This document shows, piece after piece, positions 9,710-16,338 of a stretch of 64,000 bases of DNA. Origin of the DNA: a virus (taxonomy: Duplodnaviria; Caudoviricetes); IMG/VR virus record IMGVR_UViG_3300037076_000045, positions 859-64,858 of that record; one strand, written 5' to 3'. The position numbers and the translations under genes are program-made. Below the pieces are notes generated by a model, which was not told the DNA's origin, searched no databases, and worked only from the letters and a program-made list of their open reading frames with translations. Positions within the stretch are counted from its first letter, which is position 1, and every line of letters starts with the position of its first letter.

Positions 9710-10232
9710 TCAGTTCTCGCCGCCCTCCGGGGATGCGACACGCTCAATTTCAAACAATTTGTTGTCTACCATATGCTGCCACAGAGCTTTCAATGGAAGG
9801 ATACGTAACGCATAGTTCGTGCTGTTGCCGTAGTATTCGTCACGAGAGTAACTATCCGTCTTCGTCAGACGCATGATTGCTTTGTAACGAATGAACGTGA
9901 TGTTCGGAGCGAAGTGTTCAAGGATCTTGTCCAGATCGTCCCATTGAGGTTCGGTCTCGCCAGTGGAATAGGCGTGGTTTTCTCCACCCCCAACATGAGC
10001 CACCACCGATGCCGCCCGTGGTCCAGGACAGAACTAAAGCCGGTGCCTTTTCCCAAGGCTCTACGGTGTAGTCTTCGCTGTACAAAGAAATTCCACCGTA
10101 CAGGAAAGAACCGTCGAGATGGCTGGAATAGCCGTAACGCTTCTTTTCTTTCTTCGCCGGTTCTTTCGGAACGTCGGGAACAGTCAGGCCGATGATCTTC
10201 AGTTCTTTTACGAATTTTTCATACGTCCACAT
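9710..10232 (-). pseudogene. Probable single gene split by a frameshift at a G5 run (9987-9991)
   Basis: ...TTGGIGGGSCWG continues in the -1 frame as GGENHAYSTGETEPQW... Confidence 0.55.
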
Positions 10233-10254
10233 AACAGATCCATTATAGCACAAA

Positions 10255-10292
10255 ACCGCTTGAATCAAGTTGCCATCCCTGATTCAAGCGGT
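10255..10292. terminator. 13-bp hairpin at the 3' end of the tRNA array
   Basis: ACCGCTTGAATCA...TGATTCAAGCGGT; TTTG follows on the - strand. Confidence 0.65.
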
Positions 10293-10366
10293 CTTCGCTA
10301 CTGATGAACTTCTACTGATGAATCACACGCTTACGAAGTTTCACTCCTAAGAAAATGAGTGCGCTT

Positions 10367-10407
10367 CCTAAAAGGCGGCAATTCTTAAACCATTGAACTA
10401 CGGAGAG
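10367..10407 (-). pseudogene. tRNA 5' half (Lys-UUU-like)
   Basis: CTCTCCG-TA-GTTC-AATGGTTTAA-GAAT-T-GCCGC-CTTTTAG; no 3' half follows. Confidence 0.5.
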
Positions 10408-10412
10408 AAAAT

Positions 10413-10493
10413 TGGTGGATTCGGAGGGGATTGAACCCTCATCTTTCTGGGTAAGAGCCAGATATTCTGTGTCCTATTTTGAACTACGAATCC
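10413..10493 (-). tRNA. tRNA-Lys(CUU), enlarged D-loop
   Basis: GGATTCG/CGAATCC-A-CCA; TCTGG-CTCTTAC-CCAGA; 13-nt D-loop. Confidence 0.85.
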
Positions 10494-10685
10494 GAAACTT
10501 TGTGCGTGTGTTCCTCTTCCAGCCGCCCGCATTGAGCGCAACCGACACCTGTGTAAGTGTGATGCTCTCCATACGGATGGTTAGTCGGATGGAACTTGTC
10601 TGCCGGTTCCTTAGAATTCGGCAAATCGAAACTTAGTCGATATTGATACTGAAGAGTCGAAATGGCACCATTTATAAATATTGAC

Positions 10686-11201
10686 ATGTCAATTCAAGTA
10701 TGCTCATGTGGTGTTTCTACTACCAACCCAAAATATTGCTCACGATCTTGCTGTGCAAAGTCAACTAATCGCATACCAAAGCGGAAAAAAACAAAGCTAT
10801 GTAAATCTTGTACAACTCTCATCTCAAGCAAAAACAAGTATTGCTCAATCTGCCGTCCAGAAACTAAAAATTGGGACCAATTGACGTTGAATGATGTTGC
10901 TTCAATCCCTCGATATCAAATATTCGCAAGAATCCGTCAGATTGCTAGAGCGGTCTATAAACAATCCAAACAACCCAAATGTTGCGTTGTGTGTGGATAC
11001 GACAAGCATTACGAAATTTGTCATCGAACACCAATCAGCACGTTTTCTCTAAGTACGCTAATCAGTGTCATCAATGCAATCGAGAATCTTATTTCATTGT
11101 GCCCAAACCACCATTGGGAATTCGATAACGCAAAGTTGGTAGTCCCGGTAGGAGTCGAACCTACGGCCACAAGTTTAGGAAACTTGGACTCTATCCGCTG
11201 A
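10686..11201 (+). CDS. HNH homing endonuclease
   Basis: CVVCGY...EICHR...NLISLCPNHHWEFD; TATAAATA 5 nt upstream. Confidence 0.85.
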   Translation: MSIQVCSCGVSTTNPKYCSRSCCAKSTNRIPKRKKTKLCKSCTTLISSKNKYCSICRPETKNWDQLTLNDVASIPRYQIFARIRQIARAVYKQSKQPKCCVVCGYDKHYEICHRTPISTFSLSTLISVINAIENLISLCPNHHWEFDNAKLVVPVGVEPTATSLGNLDSIR

Positions 11202-11212
11202 GTTACGGGACC
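11137..11212 (-). tRNA. tRNA-Arg(CCU)
   Basis: Cloverleaf; CAAGT-TTCCTAA-ACTTG; CCA encoded. Confidence 0.93.
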
Positions 11213-11481
11213 ACATTTTTTAATCGTTGAACTATAAGACCAGGAACTTTCACTTCAATGCCACGCTTCCATTTACTTTCATCGAACTTACCGAACCTCT
11301 CAATGTTCAGTTGGATCGTCCTTTGAAAGCCGATCTTGAAATGAAACAACGCTTCTGCTTTGTTGTCGCCTTGGGCGAGGTAATCATACTCGACACCTTC
11401 GCACACCCAAAATCTTCCATCACGGATGAACCTTACATTGGTTCTTCCCAAGCCATCGATGTAAATGTTAATCGTAGTCAT
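11203..11481 (-). CDS. HicB-like fold protein
   Basis: FWVCEGVEYDYLAQGDNKAEAL resembles the HicB N-terminal QGxTxEEA motif. Confidence 0.55.
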   Translation of the reverse strand: MTTINIYIDGLGRTNVRFIRDGRFWVCEGVEYDYLAQGDNKAEALFHFKIGFQRTIQLNIERFGKFDESKWKRGIEVKVPGLIVQRLKNVVP

Positions 11482-11486
11482 AAAAT

Positions 11487-11562
11487 TGGTAGCCCCACAA
11501 GGACTCGAACCTTGATTCTCGCTTTAGAAGAGCGAGGCCCTATCCCATTGGACGATGGGGCC
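11487..11562 (-). tRNA. tRNA-Arg(UCU)
   Basis: TCGCT-CTTCTAA-AGCGA; CCA encoded. Confidence 0.93.
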
Positions 11563-11569
11563 AAAATTT

Positions 11570-11643
11570 TGGTAGCCACCCGCAGAGTTGAACTGCGATA
11601 GCTGGCATGTCATACCAGTGCTCTACCATTGAGCTAGGCGGCT
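11570..11643 (-). tRNA. tRNA-Val(GAC)
   Basis: CTGGT-ATGACAT-GCCAG; CCA encoded. Confidence 0.88.
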
Positions 11644-11680
11644 GCGGATTCTGAACATCTTCAGAATCATAAATCGTAGC

Positions 11681-12082
11681 ATGACTTGTCAAACCTGCCA
11701 TGCTCCACTCACAGGAAAGCAAACTAAATTTTGCTCTCGACCGTGTAAAAATCAAAACTCAAATGCAAACTACAACGTGTATGTTAAACAACAAGAACGT
11801 GCTCGTCGTAGAAAGATAGGATTCGTAATGGCAATGGGTGGAAAATGCACCAAGTGCGGCTACCGAAAAAATTTAGCAGCCTTGACTTTTCACCATAACG
11901 ATCCTACCCTCAAAGAACTCCAACTAGATCGGAGAATTATGTCAAACTACAACATGGAAAGATTGATTGCAGAAGTTGCTAAATGCACGCTACTTTGCTC
12001 AAATTGCCATGCTGAACATCATAATCCTACCGAAGAATCTTGGTGGACCGAGTGGGACTTGAACCCACAACCGCCAGATTAA
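11681..12082 (+). CDS. HNH homing endonuclease
   Basis: GGKCTKCGY..ALTFHH..P...KCTLLCSNCHAEHH. Confidence 0.85.
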   Translation: MTCQTCHAPLTGKQTKFCSRPCKNQNSNANYNVYVKQQERARRRKIGFVMAMGGKCTKCGYRKNLAALTFHHNDPTLKELQLDRRIMSNYNMERLIAEVAKCTLLCSNCHAEHHNPTEESWWTEWDLNPQPPD

Positions 12083-12116
12083 GAGTCTGTTACTCTACCA
12101 ATTGAGTTACCAGTCC
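12041..12116 (-). tRNA. tRNA-Lys(CUU)
   Basis: ACAGA-CTCTTAA-TCTGG; CCA encoded. Confidence 0.92.
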
Positions 12117-12122
12117 AAAACT

Positions 12123-12302
12123 TTAGGAACCAGCTTGCTTTGCATGATGCGTCATTTGGAGCGACACTTCTGTCACTTCCTGCACCAGCTTAACTTGCGG
12201 TTCTCTCGCATTACTTCTGCAATCTTCTTCCAGGCACACATTGATGTAACCTGGGTGTTTTCGGGCGGGAGTAAATTCCTCGCCACATATTCGACACTTC
12301 AT
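12123..12302 (-). CDS. Small zinc-finger protein between tRNAs
   Basis: SD GAGG; MKCRICGEEF...VCLEEDC. Confidence 0.55.
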   Translation of the reverse strand: MKCRICGEEFTPARKHPGYINVCLEEDCRSNAREPQVKLVQEVTEVSLQMTHHAKQAGS

Positions 12303-12371
12303 TTTATTACCTCTGCCGCAACCGGCTAAATTCACGGTCAACTTCTCAGAATAGCGACAGTGTAAAAACTT

Positions 12372-12447
12372 TGGTAGACCCGGTTGGACTCGAACCAACG
12401 ATTTCCTCCGTATCAGAGAGGCGTCCTAGCCACTGAACGACGGGTCT
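12372..12447 (-). tRNA. tRNA-Ile(GAU), variant body
   Basis: CCTCT-CTGATAC-GGAGG; CCA encoded. Confidence 0.88.
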
Positions 12448-12448
12448 A

Positions 12449-12536
12449 TGGTACTCCTGAGAGGACTCGAACCTCCATTGAGCTTGACGCTCCCACGTTC
12501 GTAGCGTGGTGCCTAATCCAATTAGACTACAGGAGC
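12449..12536 (-). tRNA. Class-II tRNA with ACG (Arg) anticodon
   Basis: CCACG-CTACGAA-CGTGG followed by long V-arm GAGC-GTCAA-GCTC; A73-CCA. Confidence 0.88.
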
Positions 12537-12547
12537 ATATTGAACTT

Positions 12548-12624
12548 TGGTAGCCCCGGTAGGACTCGAACCTACAAGTCTCTGCGTTCGTAGCGCAGCA
12601 TCCTATCCATTGAACGACGGGGCC
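12548..12624 (-). tRNA. tRNA-Arg(ACG)
   Basis: CTGCG-CTACGAA-CGCAG; canonical class I. Confidence 0.93.
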
Positions 12625-12639
12625 ACAACTTAAAAAATT

Positions 12640-12716
12640 TGGTCGGCCTAGATGGAGTCGAACCATCGACCTCTGTCTTATCAGGACAGCGCTCTAGCCA
12701 ACTGAGCTACAGGCCG
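12640..12716 (-). tRNA. tRNA-Ile(GAU)
   Basis: CTGTC-CTGATAA-GACAG; canonical. Confidence 0.95.
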
Positions 12717-12745
12717 TAAAACTTGCTTGCCCTGATTGTGTATGA

Positions 12746-12822
12746 TGGTGAGTCCGGTCAGACTTGAACTGACATCCCCCAACTTAAAAGGATGGTGCTC
12801 TGCCAGATTGAGCTACAGACCC
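12746..12822 (-). tRNA. tRNA-Lys(UUU)
   Basis: CCATC-CTTTTAA-GTTGG (one U-U mismatch); CCA encoded. Confidence 0.9.
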
Positions 12823-12877
12823 ATGATTGGCGGATCTGCGATAACACCACACACAGAGAGGACACTCGAATGCGATG

Positions 12878-12928
12878 TTATCGCTTTCGTTTATCTCTCC
12901 GAATTGTAATTCGACGTGTGCGTGTCAT
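12878..12928 (-). CDS. Putative leader peptide MTRTRRITIRRDKRKR
   Basis: 16 codons, 16 nt after TATAAATA (12945-12952), directly ahead of the tRNA array. Confidence 0.55.
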   Translation of the reverse strand: MTRTRRITIRRDKRKR

Positions 12929-12953
12929 TTTCTGAACTCTTTCGTATTTATAC

Positions 12954-13010
12954 AGAGAGTGGTGTGGCGAGAAAGCCATGATTACGGGCTTGTTTTTCAC
13001 ACCACTCTCT
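12954..13010 (-). ncRNA. Long hairpin in the tRNA-operon leader
   Basis: Perfect 13-bp IR AGAGAGTGGTGTG/CACACCACTCTCT with inner AAGCC/GGCTT. Confidence 0.6.
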
Positions 13011-13024
13011 ACTTCATTAACTAC

Positions 13025-13053
13025 AGTCTAGCACGACTTCCAAATCCTGTCAA
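13025..13053 (-). promoter_or_regulatory. Sigma70-type promoter P2 of the tRNA array
   Basis: TTGACA-17-(TGC)TAGACT. Confidence 0.8.
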
Positions 13054-13065
13054 GTGCCTTTTTTT

Positions 13066-13268
13066 ATTTGACCGATGTGGTGTGCGGCACACCGGCCAAC
13101 ATTCTGAACGGGAAAACACAATTGGATCTTCAACAGGCATCCATACTCCGTTCGTAGCATGGAGACCCAATTGTTCCGGCTTGACCGCCCCGGAGTCGCA
13201 CCCCATTACCGGGTAGAGCCGATTCACGTTGACTCATTCTCTACGGTCTGATTTACCGTCAACGCTCA
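13066..13268 (-). ncRNA. Candidate ~200-nt structured ncRNA
   Basis: Four consecutive helical domains downstream of promoter P1; no convincing ORF. Confidence 0.6.
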
Positions 13269-13274
13269 ATTATC

Positions 13275-13303
13275 AATTTAGCACAACAACAAAACGTTGT
13301 CAA
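13275..13303 (-). promoter_or_regulatory. Sigma70-type promoter P1
   Basis: TTGACA-17-(TGTGC)TAAATT. Confidence 0.75.
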
Positions 13304-13486
13304 CTATTGCCCGATCCACTTCACTGCATCGGCCCGCCCGCAAAACACTTCCCAGGCGTCTTTCAGGCGGCGCATACAGAACCAGGAACCGTGATTGAAA
13401 GGCAATGGTCTAGCTGGAACATAGCAGCCATCAACATAGGCTGCGCTGTGATTAACCCACTTTATCAATTCTTCGATCTTGTACAT
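13304..13486 (-). CDS. Hypothetical protein
   Basis: YVPARP...RRLKDAWEVFCGRADAVKW, a small phage-type protein. Confidence 0.65.
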   Translation of the reverse strand: MYKIEELIKWVNHSAAYVDGCYVPARPLPFNHGSWFCMRRLKDAWEVFCGRADAVKWIGQ

Positions 13487-13614
13487 ATGTCAAATCCAAA
13501 AGATGAAAGGCAATCATGATTGGGCCAATCGCAAATCCCCATATACGAATCCGCCTTCCTCGTGCAGTTAGGTTCCGGCAGAACTTATCTGTCGTACCTC
13601 TGTAAAATTTTGGT

Positions 13615-14082
13615 CTATGCGATAGTATGGCTTTGATGTACTTCCACATCTTTCAATGCCCTCACTTTCCAATAGCCCACTTGATGCGCTGTTTTTCTGG
13701 TGTGACAGTTTGCACATCTAATATCACACTTATCAATTTCTGCTTTCAGTCTCGACCAAGAAGTATAATGTCGCAACATTTTACTAATCTCTTCAGATTT
13801 GTTCTCCCGATGATCGAATTGAAGTACAAGTACATCGGCTTCTCCACAATCGGCACACGGGTGCTGCATCAAATATTCGAGAACTATTTTACGATTGTGT
13901 CGCTGATTCTCCTGGAGCTTTCTTTTCTGCTGCGCTCGTCTTTCAGACCCATTTTCTTGGTAATAACTTTTACAGCGAAGTCGCCCACACAATTTACATT
14001 CCCTTCGCCAACCGGGTTTGCCGTTTTGAGCTTTATAGAATTCGTCAAGCGACTTCGGTTTATTGCATGTACTACATATCAT
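13615..14082 (-). CDS. HNH homing endonuclease
   Basis: PCADCGE...VLQFDH...KCDIRCANCHTRKT; CTAAATA 5 nt upstream. Confidence 0.88.
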   Translation of the reverse strand: MICSTCNKPKSLDEFYKAQNGKPGWRRECKLCGRLRCKSYYQENGSERRAQQKRKLQENQRHNRKIVLEYLMQHPCADCGEADVLVLQFDHRENKSEEISKMLRHYTSWSRLKAEIDKCDIRCANCHTRKTAHQVGYWKVRALKDVEVHQSHTIA

Positions 14083-14114
14083 GAACCTATTTAGAGATTC
14101 ATGATTTCCGCTTC

Positions 14115-14477
14115 TTAATCGCACATTTTAAAAATCATTTCACCAATCAAGAAGATCAGGAAGCCAAGTTGCTTGTCAGTACCGCTGGCATTCGGTTCCC
14201 GCATCATCTTTTCCTTATACTCAAAGATTTGCTTGTACAGATCACGTACAGCATTGACCTTCGCAACGCTCTCTACGTCTGTGCTCTCCGCAATGGTAGC
14301 AGCCTCGCTCGACTTGAATGCTTCGATGTTATCAAGTGTGTAGCGTACCGCACGGCGGATAAATTCAGACCTATTCAGCGATGGGATTTGTTCTTTGAGA
14401 ACTTGGTCAACCGCCGCAGTAAGAGTGGACGGAAGCCTCAATAAAATTTTGTCGTCTTGTACTTTTTCCTTGGACAC
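14115..14477 (-). CDS. Ribbon-helix-helix (CopG-like) DNA-binding protein
   Basis: KILLRLPSTL...VD...NRSEFIRRAV. Confidence 0.8.
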   Translation of the reverse strand: MSKEKVQDDKILLRLPSTLTAAVDQVLKEQIPSLNRSEFIRRAVRYTLDNIEAFKSSEAATIAESTDVESVAKVNAVRDLYKQIFEYKEKMMREPNASGTDKQLGFLIFLIGEMIFKMCD

Positions 14478-14511
14478 AAAAATACCTCTACTTGTATATA
14501 TAACAAGTAAG

Positions 14512-15117
14512 ATGCCAAAAGGAATTTATTGTAGAAAACCAACGGCGAGGTACCAAGCCATAAAATCCAACGAGTTATACTATGATGGAAGAGCTTGCAA
14601 AAACTGTGGATCTACGACAAAATATGTACACGGGCAACATTGCGTAGCTTGTAAGAAGATTGCAAATGTTCCGACTGCTCAAAAAAGACAGTATCACAAA
14701 CAATGGTGCATTAATAATCGAGATCAAGATAGACAGCATAAAACTCGTTGGCGCAATGAAAACAGAGAACAAGCAAGAGCCGCTTCTGAGGTATGGAGAA
14801 AACGACACCCGGAGAGACACTCTTTTTATCAAGGCACACGGAGAGCAAAAAAACGAAACGCTCCAGGTACCCACTCATTTGAAGAATGGAGATTGTTAGT
14901 TGAAAAATTCGGAACCATTTGCCTCTGTTGCAAAATCTCTGAACGTAATCTGATAAAAACCACCGGACGAGCGCTTACAGAAGATCACATAATCCCTTTA
15001 AGCAATCCAGCTACCACAAATGATATTACCAACATACAACCACTTTGCTTGGAATGTAACATTCGCAACTACCTATTTTACAAAAAGACTGGTTCGCAAA
15101 AAGATTTTAGATGGTAG
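14512..15117 (+). CDS. HNH homing endonuclease
   Basis: CLCC...LTEDHIIPLS...NDITNIQPLCLECN. Confidence 0.88.
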   Translation: MPKGIYCRKPTARYQAIKSNELYYDGRACKNCGSTTKYVHGQHCVACKKIANVPTAQKRQYHKQWCINNRDQDRQHKTRWRNENREQARAASEVWRKRHPERHSFYQGTRRAKKRNAPGTHSFEEWRLLVEKFGTICLCCKISERNLIKTTGRALTEDHIIPLSNPATTNDITNIQPLCLECNIRNYLFYKKTGSQKDFRW

Positions 15118-15198
15118 ACCCGGCCAGACTCGAACTGGCGACTTTCCGCTTCGGAAGCGGATGTTCTCAAGGCTTTCGCTCCACTGAACTACGGGTCC
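15112..15198 (-). tRNA. tRNA-Arg(CCG) with D-loop insertion
   Basis: TCCGC-TTCCGAA-GCGGA; 19-nt D-loop containing GC-GAAA-GC. Confidence 0.85.
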
Positions 15199-15202
15199 AA
15201 AT

Positions 15203-15835
15203 TTACAACTTTCCGGCGTAGGACGACTTACTCTTTGCGTTCTGACCAAACTTGACTGAAAACATGTCGGCATCGTGAACAATTCTAGCTTCAATAGTCT
15301 GAGGCTCAACCGGACTGCCCCATTCCTTTCGGCCATGATGCGCTAGGATTGCGTGTTCAATTCCCAACACAATTTCAGGATGCACTTCTTTGTGCTGGAT
15401 TTCCATCAGAAAAGCAGCATGACTCCCGGCCACATGACGAACCAAGTTGCGGTAGTCCGTCTTCGCAATGTAAGTCGCCGGTTGACCATACGCATCCAAG
15501 TAGATTGAATCCGGTGTTGACTTATGTCGAATTTCATACTCGTTGATCTTCATAAAGTCGTGATAGATCGCTGCCGTAACAACCACGTCTTCGTCGGCGC
15601 TGACACCGGCTGTAGCTACAGAGTTAAATGTCTTCGCCTGATTAAAAGCAAAGTCTGTAACTTCGGCTGTGTGGATGATTAGTCCACCAGGATATGCATG
15701 GTGCTCACCGGCAGATCCAACCTGAGTGAAAAATTTTGGATTGTCGATGACTTTGAAACATGCATCCTGTAGTGCCGGAATAGTCAATTCGGTCGCATAA
15801 TGCATCAATAATTCTTTGGCTTGTTTTTCGTTCAT
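15203..15835 (-). CDS. HD-domain hydrolase (YhaM-like)
   Basis: HHAYPGGLIIH, YHDFMK, ILAHHG..EWGSPV.P and HDAD motifs. Confidence 0.88.
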   Translation of the reverse strand: MNEKQAKELLMHYATELTIPALQDACFKVIDNPKFFTQVGSAGEHHAYPGGLIIHTAEVTDFAFNQAKTFNSVATAGVSADEDVVVTAAIYHDFMKINEYEIRHKSTPDSIYLDAYGQPATYIAKTDYRNLVRHVAGSHAAFLMEIQHKEVHPEIVLGIEHAILAHHGRKEWGSPVEPQTIEARIVHDADMFSVKFGQNAKSKSSYAGKL

Positions 15836-15840
15836 GAAAT

Positions 15841-15931
15841 TGGTACCCGGTCGTGGAATCGGACCACGTTCTAGTCGGTAATCTGCCGAGACCGCTTATA
15901 AGGCGGCTTGAGAACCATCCTCCCACCGGGC
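15841..15931 (-). tRNA. Class-II tRNA-Ile(UAU)-like
   Basis: GCCCGGT/ACCGGGT-A-CCA; GCCGC-CTTATAA-GCGGT; long V-arm; G8; T-loop TCCGATT. Confidence 0.8.
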
Positions 15932-15936
15932 GTGAA

Positions 15937-16158
15937 CTAATTGCCGATGGTCAGTTGTATGAGATGTTGCCGTCGTTCTTTCTGAACTAAGTCACGAGTA
16001 CTGTAATTGAAAATGGCACAGACAAAATTGATGAAGAAGGCGAGAAAATTGATCGTCAATCCACTGGCCGATGTGGAGAACACAAGCAAAACTAGGCTGA
16101 TGACGCCAAGAGCAGCGCTCAACTTCCAAGCATCGGGATGTGAAAACCAGTTCATCAT
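15937..16158 (-). CDS. Small two-TM membrane protein
   Basis: Two hydrophobic stretches. Confidence 0.55.
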   Translation of the reverse strand: MMNWFSHPDAWKLSAALGVISLVLLVFSTSASGLTINFLAFFINFVCAIFNYSTRDLVQKERRQHLIQLTIGN

Positions 16159-16338
16159 ATTCAGTGTACTATAATTTAGACTCGGAGGCAAATTCCAATT
16201 GTTGTGCTGCATTAACAGCATCCATCTGTTTGCGATAACACCGGACGCAAAGATCGTGATCCTCCCGACTTTTTCTGTGGTTTTTTTGCTTCGGTGTCAA
16301 ATAATTAGCTGGCCGCCCGCAAATTTGGCAAGGGCGTG

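Noticed and set aside
12346-12666. ORFs across tRNA genes
   Set aside because: Translations of tRNA sequence
13021-13227. 68-aa ORF
   Set aside because: GTG start with no clear SD; overlaps promoter P2; dense base pairing is better explained as ncRNA
12823-13270. T-box riboswitch or tmRNA
   Set aside because: No GGUGG-ACC T-box antiterminator, tmRNA ends or tag ORF recognised
15841-15931. tRNA-Tyr or tRNA-Sec call
   Set aside because: The loop CTTATAA centres on TAT and the stems are 7/5
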